Assembly: GCA_030018675.1 (NCBI GenBank)
Contig: JASEHT010000001.1
Span: 1 to 47,165 of the forward strand
Source: Smithella sp.
GTDB lineage: Bacteria; Desulfobacterota; Syntrophia; Syntrophales; Smithellaceae
Reading direction: 5' to 3'
Length of the DNA: 47,165 nt
Made by a program: the position numbers and the translations under genes
In this document: one piece after another, positions 18,878 to 27,495 of the stretch
Position numbering within the stretch: position 1 is the stretch's first letter
How the letters are laid out: the number at the start of each line of letters is the position of its first letter
Notes under the pieces: model-generated
Databases searched by the model: none
What the model was told of the DNA's origin: nothing
Seen by the model: only the letters and a program-made list of their open reading frames with translations

Positions 18878-19882
18878 TCAATGTCCTTGTATCCCAGACA
18901 CTTCCTGGGATAATTTTGCTGTGCCTATGTTTTCAAATCCGGATCCGCCTACCGTTGTCACAAGGCCATGTTGACGATAAAGGTCCGCATAGATTTCGAG
19001 AAAGGATGGATCAATGGCATCTGTTTCGCGATATGACCAGTCTTTATCGAGCCAGGCATACTTGTTCTGACAATAGTTGTGGAAGGGAATCAGATCGACG
19101 CGCTTCACATGTCCGCCTAACGAGGCAATGTATAAGGACGCCTGAGTGTGAAATTCGAAGCTGTCATTGAAGCCGGGCACCACGGGAATTCGTATCCATA
19201 TGTCTGAATCGGTTCCGCACAAAAGCTCCAGGTTCTTCAGAACGAGATCGTTTCTTATCCCTGTTTTTGCGAGGTGCTTTGCTGAGTCAAGATGCTTCAG
19301 GTCAAAAAGGACAATGTCCGAATATTCTGCCATCTCCTTCAAAACATTGAAATCACAACATCCATTGGTATCTATGCAGGTGTGGATCCCGCGCTTCTTT
19401 GCCTCCTTGAGCAGCGCCAGAGCAAATGCCGGATGCGCCGTGGGTTCCCCGCCGCTCACAGTCATACCACCGCCTGAGGTGATGTAGAAGGGCTTGTCCT
19501 GTTCCACTTCATCCATAATCTCGGATATGCTCATGGCTTTCCCCACTACCTCAAGGGCATCATATATGCAGACATCCACGCACTTCATGCAATTATCGCA
19601 CTTTGCGCGGTTAATTTTTTGATAAGTTGATCCCTCGCTGCTGGACAGCTCCGGTTCTATGGGAGGATTTATGGCATCTTTAGGGCAGGCCTCCAGGCAT
19701 GCGCCACATTGGACACAAAGCCTTTTCTTCCAATAAAGCTCCGGGTTGTCCGCAATAGTCTCGGGGTTGTGGCACCACTCGCACTTTAAGGGACACCCCT
19801 TGAGGAACACATTTGTCCTGAATCCGGGACCGTCATTCACGGAAAACTTGGCAAGATCGGTGATCAGTACGCGCTCTTTCAT
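18878..19882 (-). CDS. assD: Glycyl-radical enzyme activating enzyme (radical SAM with two ferredoxin-type clusters)
   Basis: 334 aa. CPLKCEWCHNPE (CxxxCxxC) plus CVQCGACLEACP and CDNCMKCVDVC. Confidence 0.9.
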   Translation of the reverse strand: MKERVLITDLAKFSVNDGPGFRTNVFLKGCPLKCEWCHNPETIADNPELYWKKRLCVQCGACLEACPKDAINPPIEPELSSSEGSTYQKINRAKCDNCMKCVDVCIYDALEVVGKAMSISEIMDEVEQDKPFYITSGGGMTVSGGEPTAHPAFALALLKEAKKRGIHTCIDTNGCCDFNVLKEMAEYSDIVLFDLKHLDSAKHLAKTGIRNDLVLKNLELLCGTDSDIWIRIPVVPGFNDSFEFHTQASLYIASLGGHVKRVDLIPFHNYCQNKYAWLDKDWSYRETDAIDPSFLEIYADLYRQHGLVTTVGGSGFENIGTAKLSQEVSGIQGH

Positions 19883-19946
19883 TTATGCGATACTCCTTGG
19901 ATCTGAATAATCTATGAGAATAAAGCATCCTGCCCTTTATGAATAA

Positions 19947-21290
19947 TCATAAGAGAGCCCTCGACATATTCTTCATGTTCCGAAGTTTATCCATGGTCTC
20001 GATCTTTTTCTTCAGATCCAGTGATTTCTTCTTCCCCAGTACAGGCTCGCACAGATCGAGAAACTTGCTGGCCACGCGTTCTTTCTTAACTTCCAGAGAC
20101 GGAATCTGTTGAAGAATGTCGGAAAAGGCCTGGAAGCATTTTCCGTTAGTGGTCTCCACCTCAACAAGTGATTCCAAGGCCTGCATCTTAGGATCATTAA
20201 TTACATTGATCTTTTTCATAATCGCCCGCACTGCGGGATCATTCACTTTTTCATCAGTAAAGGCCTTCATGCCTGTCTCTTCTCTGAGCAGGGCATTCGC
20301 CACGCAATAAGGAATACAGAACTTTCCCTCCAGTCCGCTGGCCGGTTCGGTTTTCCCTGCAGCCGAAAGGGACAGTGTAGATGCATGGACAGTGATGCTC
20401 TTGATAGCATCCAGTTCGACGTTCTCTCCTTTTATAATTGACAAGGCGGCTTCCAGGGGCGAGTGTGTTGCATGGCAGGACGCATGATATTTCTGGTTGA
20501 GGCTCTGTATATCCCAGACCGTACCCAGATAAGCAACGACATCCTCATTTACCTTGCCCTTTAAGGCCTCGAAGAATCCCTGAGGACCTTCAAAAATGTC
20601 TTCAGCGCTATCAAAACCTCGCTCTGCCAGAAGTGCAGCCAATAGTCCCGATTGAGAAGAGCGGCCTGCATGGAACGGCTTACACATTGTTCCGAACACA
20701 CGTTTTAAGCCTGATGACTGTGTCGCGCCGATGCCCAGGGCATATGTGGTCTGCTTCTCGGACAGACCCAGTAAGCGTGCACATGCTGCTGCAGAAGCAA
20801 TGTGTCCCAACGTTGATGTAGCGTGCCAGCCTGCCATGTAATGATCAAGACTTGCGCAGGAACCTATGGTCCCTCCGATCTGTAGACCAATAATATAAGC
20901 GCTAAGAAAGTCTTTCCCCGATTTGCCCCTCCACTCGGAAAGTGCCAGCAGCGACGGGAAGATGGTCACCGAAGGGTGTCCAAAGAAGGAAACCAAAGTA
21001 TCGTCATAATCAAGTGCATGAGAAGCCGAACCATTAATGAGGGCGGCACTGCTCACGTCCTTTTTCATATTATAACCAATGATGGTTGCCTGTTTTTTCC
21101 CTCCTACCATCTCAGCATAATCAATAAGTATTTTTACCAGAGGGTCATCTTTGCCCGCAAACGTAACCGCGAGCCAGTCCATGAAAGCCACCTTTGCATG
21201 CTCGTATGCCCATGGAGGTATATTCTTTGCGTCAGTCTTAACTATGAATGAAGCGAGTTTTGCGGTAAAGCCTGCACCATTCCCACTCAT
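19947..21290 (-). CDS. MmgE/PrpD (2-methylcitrate dehydratase) family protein
   Basis: 447 aa. The family call rests on overall PrpD-like sequence (N-terminal FI...PPWAYEHAK...DWLAVTFAG, HALDYDDT). There is no gap to the meaB stop. Confidence 0.7.
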   Translation of the reverse strand: MSGNGAGFTAKLASFIVKTDAKNIPPWAYEHAKVAFMDWLAVTFAGKDDPLVKILIDYAEMVGGKKQATIIGYNMKKDVSSAALINGSASHALDYDDTLVSFFGHPSVTIFPSLLALSEWRGKSGKDFLSAYIIGLQIGGTIGSCASLDHYMAGWHATSTLGHIASAAACARLLGLSEKQTTYALGIGATQSSGLKRVFGTMCKPFHAGRSSQSGLLAALLAERGFDSAEDIFEGPQGFFEALKGKVNEDVVAYLGTVWDIQSLNQKYHASCHATHSPLEAALSIIKGENVELDAIKSITVHASTLSLSAAGKTEPASGLEGKFCIPYCVANALLREETGMKAFTDEKVNDPAVRAIMKKINVINDPKMQALESLVEVETTNGKCFQAFSDILQQIPSLEVKKERVASKFLDLCEPVLGKKKSLDLKKKIETMDKLRNMKNMSRALL

Positions 21291-22271
21291 TTAAAGTCTC
21301 CTTCCTGTGCTTCTCTCAAGGTTCTTTGTTACAGTAAAACGGTTCATTAACTTTTCCGCCGCGCTATAGGGATCGCTTTTGCCGGAGAGTATGAGTTTAA
21401 GCTCTTTCTCCATATTTCCATTGCCTGCAATCCGCTCCTGGATAAGGCTTGCCATCTCCTTTTCAACGATGCTTATCACCTCTTGACGCACACATTCCAT
21501 TTGCAGGTGCGGACATTTCTTTTTTCGGTTCATAAAATCAGAGAGTATGTCAACAAGGTTATCAATGCCTTCCTTAGTAAGGGCAGAGGTCCTGATTACC
21601 TGTGGAGTTTCCGAACCAGCATCGCCCGAGAGATCAAGCATGGCGGAAATCTCGGATACTATAACATCAGCGCCATCCCGGTCGCACTTATTCACCACGA
21701 ACAGATCGGCAATCTCCATGACTCCCGCCTTGATGGCCTGGACACTGTCGCCTCCTCCCGGGTATGTAACGAGCACCACATAGTCGGCTGCGCTTACAAC
21801 CTCGATCTCATCCTGACCCACACCAACGGTCTCAATGATGACGATATCTCTGCCGGCAAAGTCCATGATTCTTACAACATCACGGGCCGCCTGGCAGAGA
21901 CCTCCCAGCATGCCGCGGGTGGCCATAGACCGGATAAAGATGTTCTGATAAGTGCTTATATCACGCATCCTGATACGGTCTCCCAGCACTGCCCCGCCGG
22001 AGAAGGGACTTGATGGATCTACCGCAATAATGCCGATAGAATATCCCAAATTCGCCAGTTTCTTGGCAAACTCACCCACAAGAGAACTCTTCCCCGCCCC
22101 CGGAGAACCTGTAACTCCAATCACGCAAGTCTGCCCTGTTTTCGCGTAGATGGATTTCATGATATCTTTCCAGCCGGTCTTCCGATCTTCAACATGCGAA
22201 ATAAGCTTTGCCAAAGCTCTTTCATTCTTGTCCCTGGCGTCTTCAATCATCAATTCAAGTTTCTCTTCCAC
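21291..22271 (-). CDS. meaB: MeaB/ArgK-type G-protein chaperone for B12 mutases
   Basis: 326 aa. P-loop GVTGSPGAGKSSL, IIETVGVGQ and VVNKCD motifs. Confidence 0.85.
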   Translation of the reverse strand: MEEKLELMIEDARDKNERALAKLISHVEDRKTGWKDIMKSIYAKTGQTCVIGVTGSPGAGKSSLVGEFAKKLANLGYSIGIIAVDPSSPFSGGAVLGDRIRMRDISTYQNIFIRSMATRGMLGGLCQAARDVVRIMDFAGRDIVIIETVGVGQDEIEVVSAADYVVLVTYPGGGDSVQAIKAGVMEIADLFVVNKCDRDGADVIVSEISAMLDLSGDAGSETPQVIRTSALTKEGIDNLVDILSDFMNRKKKCPHLQMECVRQEVISIVEKEMASLIQERIAGNGNMEKELKLILSGKSDPYSAAEKLMNRFTVTKNLERSTGRRL

Positions 22272-22286
22272 TACAAAGACCTTTCC

Positions 22287-24035
22287 CTAAAGCTTCATCG
22301 GCTGTGCTTCTCCTAAAACTTCACGCAACACATCAGAAATTTCCTGGAGTGTTGCATCGTTTTCCACGCACTCGCATATTGCAGGCATGAGATTCTTATC
22401 TTTATCTTCAGCCTGAACTTTCAAATCCCGAAGAGAGGTTAGGACAGCTTTGCCATTGCGTTCGCGCTTCAATCGGGCAAGATTTGCCTTCTGGCGTTCT
22501 TCTGCAGTCTTCATAAGTTCCGGATTATAGGTCGCTTCCACAAGACGGTTGATGGAAACATCAATCTCATGCTCACCAACAAAACAGTTCACGCCCACCA
22601 CCAATTCTTCCTGCTTTTCTATCTTTTTCTGGCGCTCATAAGCGCTCTTTGCTACTGCCCTCGGCATGTATCCATTCTCAATAGCGGCAACCGCGCCGCC
22701 CATTTTCTCGATCTTCTCCAGTTCGGCCAGTGCATCTTCCTCGATTTTATCCGTAAGTGATTCCATGAAGTAAGATCCGGCCCATGGATCGCATACGTCG
22801 GTTACTTTTGCCTCGAAAACCATGATTCGCGATGCATCCTGCTGGAGCTGAGTTGCCTCCTGTGAGTGGCCGAGGCCAAGTGGTTCATCAAAAGGTGGAA
22901 AGGCACCGGGAATGGCTCCTGACATTCCGGCAGCCATTCCACCGACAACGGCACGGGCGAGATTGTTGAGCGGCCTCTGAAGTGTGGTACTGGAGCAGCC
23001 GATATGTGCCGTGATAGGCTGACGGATCTGCATGCTCTTGGGGTTCTTGGCATGAAAACGATCCCTTAAGATATGGGCCCACATTCTACGGGCCGCCCTC
23101 TGAAAAGCAATTTCTTTATAGATTTCCATACTGCCGCCGAATGCATTGAAGGTAAAGGCAGGAGCAAACTCATCGACTCCAAGTCCACCTGCAAGTCCGG
23201 CCTTAATGTAGGCAATGCCATTGGCCATGGAAAACGCCAGATCCTGAACGCGTGTGGCCCCTGCTTCCCTAATATGGTAGCCGCCTATTGAATTGATGTT
23301 GAACTCCGGCATATGCTTACAGCAAAATACGCACGTATCGCGGAACAGCCTCATGGATTGCGCCGGCGGATAAATATATGTTCCGCGGGCTATGAATTCC
23401 TTGAGAATGTCATTCTGTGGTGTCCCTGTCAATTTATCCAGCGGTATACCACGCTTCTTGGCCAGACAGACATACATGGCGATTAAGACCGCCGCCGGGG
23501 CATTGATGGTGAAATTGGACGGCACTTTATCAATATCAAGCTCACCGGTAAATGCTTCGTAAATAACGGCAAAGTCTTGCAGAGAATCTACGGCAACTCC
23601 CACACGGCCCACTTCTCCCTCGGCAAAAGTGCTGTCCGAATCGTATCCGCACTGGGTCACTAGATCAAAGGCGATGTTGGGACCACCCTTGCGTCCCATA
23701 GACTGCATCTTCAGGAGATAATCACGATAATCGGCAGGGGTTCCAAATCCGCCGTATTTACCTGATCGCCCCGTTCCGCCCCAGTCCGACCGGTAATTAA
23801 GCTTTGCACCAAATTCTGCATAGGCTCTCCAGAACTCGAAAGGGCTGTTTCCCGCTGTGTAGGGAAACTCGCCGGGAAACCCGACTTTTTCCAGAAAATG
23901 CGAACTATCCGAAGAAAGGGGGGTATAGAAACTTGTAGGGCTTTTATCCAATTTAAACTTCTGAACGCGAGGATTGAGAATCTCATCCTCCCATTTCTTT
24001 AGAGCCTCTTTAATTTCTTTTTTACTATTCCTCAA
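22287..24035 (-). CDS. B12-dependent acyl-CoA mutase, large (substrate-binding) subunit, ICM/HCM-like split type
   Basis: 582 aa. Methylmalonyl-CoA mutase family TIM-barrel sequence, followed by a separate small B12-binding subunit gene. Confidence 0.8.
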   Translation of the reverse strand: MRNSKKEIKEALKKWEDEILNPRVQKFKLDKSPTSFYTPLSSDSSHFLEKVGFPGEFPYTAGNSPFEFWRAYAEFGAKLNYRSDWGGTGRSGKYGGFGTPADYRDYLLKMQSMGRKGGPNIAFDLVTQCGYDSDSTFAEGEVGRVGVAVDSLQDFAVIYEAFTGELDIDKVPSNFTINAPAAVLIAMYVCLAKKRGIPLDKLTGTPQNDILKEFIARGTYIYPPAQSMRLFRDTCVFCCKHMPEFNINSIGGYHIREAGATRVQDLAFSMANGIAYIKAGLAGGLGVDEFAPAFTFNAFGGSMEIYKEIAFQRAARRMWAHILRDRFHAKNPKSMQIRQPITAHIGCSSTTLQRPLNNLARAVVGGMAAGMSGAIPGAFPPFDEPLGLGHSQEATQLQQDASRIMVFEAKVTDVCDPWAGSYFMESLTDKIEEDALAELEKIEKMGGAVAAIENGYMPRAVAKSAYERQKKIEKQEELVVGVNCFVGEHEIDVSINRLVEATYNPELMKTAEERQKANLARLKRERNGKAVLTSLRDLKVQAEDKDKNLMPAICECVENDATLQEISDVLREVLGEAQPMKL

Positions 24036-24060
24036 TATCTCGTCCTTTAGTCAGTAATGG

Positions 24061-24468
24061 TTAGGAACTTTCTCTGAGCTTCGCGCGAATGAAAGCCGCA
24101 ATATCCTTTATCTTAGCACCTGAAGTGAAGACACCTTCTACCCCCATTTTTTTAAGAGTTTTTTTGTCCTCTTCAGGAATGATTCCTCCCACAGTCACCA
24201 AGATGTCGTCTGCACCTTTGGCCTTGAGCCCCTGCATGACCTTTTTAGTCAAGGAGATATGAGCTCCCGAAAGGATAGAAAGACCAACAACATCAACGTC
24301 TTCCTGTACGGCTGCAGAAACGATCTGTGCTGGACTCTGGCGTATGCCCGTGTAGATGACCTCAAAACCTTCATCCCTGAGTCCATAGACCACAACATGT
24401 GCGCCACGCTCATGGCCGTCCAACCCGGGTTTAGCTATGAGAACTCGAATCTTTGAACCCTCGCCCAT
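24061..24468 (-). CDS. B12-dependent acyl-CoA mutase, small cobalamin-binding subunit
   Basis: 135 aa. Carries GLDGHERG, the DxHxxG cobalamin-binding motif. Confidence 0.85.
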   Translation of the reverse strand: MGEGSKIRVLIAKPGLDGHERGAHVVVYGLRDEGFEVIYTGIRQSPAQIVSAAVQEDVDVVGLSILSGAHISLTKKVMQGLKAKGADDILVTVGGIIPEEDKKTLKKMGVEGVFTSGAKIKDIAAFIRAKLRESS

Positions 24469-24570
24469 GTGAACCTCTCTTTAATTCTTTCTCCGACTTA
24501 TTCAACGGCAATGTCTAATAAGCTAATTGTATCTTAATTTGATGCTCTTACTTCCAGATGATGAATGTTC

Positions 24571-24586
24571 TGCAAGATAAATGCCA
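24571..24586 (-). promoter_or_regulatory. sigma-54 promoter of the mutase-synthase operon
   Basis: The minus strand reads TGGCATTTATCTTGCA with canonical GG/GC spacing, about 100 nt upstream of ATG 24468. Confidence 0.7.
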
Positions 24587-24677
24587 AAGACATCATGCTT
24601 TCCAATAAGCCGATTTTCAATCATCTTTTATAACGAGCATAACGAGCAATAAAAAGTCAGGAAATAGAGTCCTTCTT

Positions 24678-24707
24678 ATGGGACATATTTGACTCATTAG
24701 TGCCCAT
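24678..24707. promoter_or_regulatory. Putative enhancer-binding-protein site (UAS), copy 2
   Basis: ATGGGACATATTTGACTCATTAGTGCCCAT lies about 92 nt upstream of the promoter. It matches copy 3 at 29 of 30 positions. Confidence 0.55.
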
Positions 24708-24821
24708 CAGAAAGAAGGTTTTCTGCAAGAAGAATTAACCTTAGAATACAACACTGAACCGCTTTTTTATGCCTCTATAGCATTAGAGTTAAGCATGCTT
24801 GTATAAATAGATATAAACAAA

Positions 24822-26027
24822 AGTTGTGTTTAGGAAGAAAGGTGGTGCATCCACCGGTTGAGAGCTTCCCGACAATCAGCCGGAAAAAATAATAAGGAAA
24901 GGATACACACACCATGAGAAAAGATAACGTAGTTAAGATAAATAATCCAGAGACTTTTATTGATGATCCCTTAACAGGGATATTACGACAAGGGGCTAGA
25001 AGTTTGTTGACGCAGGCATTGGAGATGGAGATCGAGACGGTTTTAAATCAATACAAAGATTTAAAGGATCAGAGAGGTTATCAGCGAGTTGTGCGCAATG
25101 GATACATGCCCGAGCGTCAGATACAAACCGGTATTGGCCCGGTGGCCGTGGAAGCGCCCCGTCTCAGAGATCGGTCTCCCCAGCTATCGGAGCGGATAAC
25201 ATTCAGTTCAGCCATTTTGCCGCCTTATCTTCGGAAAACCAGGAGCATGGAACAATTGATTCCGTGGTTGTATTTGAAAGGGGTATCCACCGGAGACTTC
25301 AGCGAAGCCTTGGTTGCAATAGTGGGCAAAGATGCTCCGGGATTGTCGGCCCCGACGGGTCAGTCGTCTCAAGGCGGTTTGGCAGCAGGAGTATCAGCAA
25401 TGGCAAAAACGCAGTCTTGATTGAAAACGTTACGTTTATTTCTGGGTCGATGCTATTTACTGCAACGTGCGCATGGATGATAGACAGTGCCTTCTGGTCA
25501 TTGTGGGCGCCACCGATGCGGGCGAAAAGGAATTGGTAGCCATAGAAGGCGGCTTTCGTGAAAGCGAACTATCCTGGAAACAGTTGCTGTTAGATCTGAA
25601 ATCCAGAGGACTGACCACCGCGCCACAGCTGGCGATTGGCGACGGGGCTTTGGGTTTCTGGAAAGCGCTGAGCAAAGTTTACGACGGCACCAGATGGCAA
25701 CGATGCTGGGTTTACAAAACGGTTAACGTGCTGATCATGATGCTTTGTTTCCCTTTTATGATTTTCCTGCTGAACACTGGCGTCACATTCGGACCACGAA
25801 TCCGATTGAATCGACCTTTGCGACGGTTCGGTTGCGGACCAATAAAGCGAGAGGCTGTTTTTCTGCAAGCACAGTCCTCTCCATGGCGTTTAAATTGTGT
25901 CAATGCGCTCAGGACGATGGATTCGATTACATCGTCCGGAGCGCTTGGCTGAAGTTGTAAAAGGAGTTAAATTCATCAACGGTATTGAAGAAAAAAGGAT
26001 CGCCGCCTAAATTCTCAATACACAACT
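24822..26027 (+). mobile_element. Decayed IS256-family insertion sequence
   Basis: Imperfect terminal inverted repeats: AGTTGTGTTTAGGAAG at 24822 and, on the other strand, AGTTGTGTATTGAGAA ending at 26027. They enclose a broken mutator-type transposase gene. I saw no target-site duplication. Confidence 0.7.
24914..26010 (+). pseudogene. IS256-family (mutator-type) transposase, frameshifted with an internal deletion
   Basis: Fragments in three frames: MRKDNVVKINNPETFIDDPLT...PRLRDR, then ...WQRCWVYKTVNVL, then FYDFPAEHWRHIRTTNPIESTFATVRLRTNKARGC, then ...GRWIRL...VKGVKFINGIEEKRIAA*. About 50 aa between KTxNVL and FYDFPAEHW appear to be missing compared with intact IS256 transposases as I recall them. 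Confidence 0.8.
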
Positions 26028-26144
26028 ATTGACTATAGCTCGGACAGTCTTGATATCGTATAGGATTTAATATTAACTTATCAAATATAAAAATGTGGCA
26101 TTCAACTTGAATTACATTTTCTAAAACAATAAGGAGAGCTATAT

Positions 26145-26822
26145 ATGGCTTCAGAAGAATGGAAATCAAAGGCTGATATGCTTGTTGGAAACGGCCAAAA
26201 AAAATGTGAAGAAGGAAAAAATGAAGAAGCGCTGGAGTTATTTAATCAAGCACTCGATGTTTACAGACAAAATAGAGAGATTGATGGCGAGATAACCGCG
26301 TTGGGTTATATTGCGGCTATTTATCGCTTGGTAAATAAATCTGAGAAATCTGTAGCAACATATAAATCCCTGTTGAAGATATTTGAAAAACTACATGATG
26401 TGCCCGCCCAAGGAAAGGTTCTTAATAACATGGGGCTGATAAGCGCAAGAAGTGGCAAATATGAAGATGCTTTAGAGAGTTTCCATAAAGCATTATATCT
26501 TTTTACGGATACTGACAATAAAATTGGTGTGGCAGATCAACTTGGCAACATAAGCTCCGTTTACCGCGACGTCAAACAATACGACAATGCCTTGGCCTTC
26601 TGTGGTGACGCAATGAAAGTTTATAAGGAGATAAATCACAAAACGGGAATCGGGGATCAGTACAGCAACATAGCTTTTTTATATGTAATGAAGGGCGATT
26701 TAGCTACTGCACTTGATTTTTATAAAAGTGCTATGCCTTTTTATGATGAAGCCGGCGAGGAAGAAAAAGCAAGCTTGACAAAGAAGAACATAGAAAACCT
26801 CGAAAAAAGCGGTGTAGTTTAG
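26145..26822 (+). CDS. Tetratricopeptide-repeat protein
   Basis: 225 aa. Repeated 40-aa periodicity of A..Y...L.....D..G...L.N.G type. Confidence 0.7.
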   Translation: MASEEWKSKADMLVGNGQKKCEEGKNEEALELFNQALDVYRQNREIDGEITALGYIAAIYRLVNKSEKSVATYKSLLKIFEKLHDVPAQGKVLNNMGLISARSGKYEDALESFHKALYLFTDTDNKIGVADQLGNISSVYRDVKQYDNALAFCGDAMKVYKEINHKTGIGDQYSNIAFLYVMKGDLATALDFYKSAMPFYDEAGEEEKASLTKKNIENLEKSGVV

Positions 26823-26910
26823 GCTGGATAATATTACATTATAATTATTCAATTTCTTCTTGCTTCAAAATTTATCATAAGGCATTTCCGTGTTGTTCTG
26901 ACCTATCCAT

Positions 26911-27495
26911 TCATCTTCTTGTTTTAGAGGATGCCTGTTCAGCCTCATCGAGCGAATCATACCCCTTATCTTTTACCAGGAATGTGTAGAGCTCCTCGGC
27001 CATATTCATGCCTTTTGCATTTTTATCCAGAATGTCAAAGTTCAATAATTCAAGTGTGGCATCTGAATAGGTTTCCAGTTCACCTCTCAGATATGTCTCG
27101 AAGGAAGTCATGAAGCCGGAATCCTCAGCACTGGATAAAGGACGGCCTCCGCTCATGATTCCCGGATACTTTTTCATCATCGAACGCTGCCATGTAAATT
27201 GGCATTCGACAATCTTATCGATAAGGGGGTTGTTGTTTAATTTCTGGATGAGATTATCCATGCGCGCATATTTCTGCGTCATGAGATTAATCCCTTTCTT
27301 CTCTGCCTTTTCAAGGTCATGCAAATAGCTTTCCAGTGTTTCCCTCGACCAGCAGGAAAACTGCGCTTTGCGGTGAAGTTTGAAGCTCTCCGGATAATCC
27401 TGACATGAGCTTTTCCTGACCGAAGGCACGCTCAAAAACATCTTGAGCTCCTCGACAATGATTCTTTCTATAATATCTTCATTGACCAAACTCAT
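26911..27495 (-). CDS. DUF4125-like protein
   Basis: I place the start at ATG 27495 (MSLVNED...), overlapping the upstream stop. The family call is from memory (…AQFSCWS…SYLHDL…KYARM), so confidence is moderate. Confidence 0.55.
   Translation of the reverse strand: MSLVNEDIIERIIVEELKMFLSVPSVRKSSCQDYPESFKLHRKAQFSCWSRETLESYLHDLEKAEKKGINLMTQKYARMDNLIQKLNNNPLIDKIVECQFTWQRSMMKKYPGIMSGGRPLSSAEDSGFMTSFETYLRGELETYSDATLELLNFDILDKNAKGMNMAEELYTFLVKDKGYDSLDEAEQASSKTRR

Noticed and set aside
24469-24570. Possible cobalamin riboswitch in the 5' UTR of the B12 mutase operon
   Set aside because: I could not find a B12-box-like GCCACTG core or the expected multi-stem architecture in the approximately 100-nt leader.
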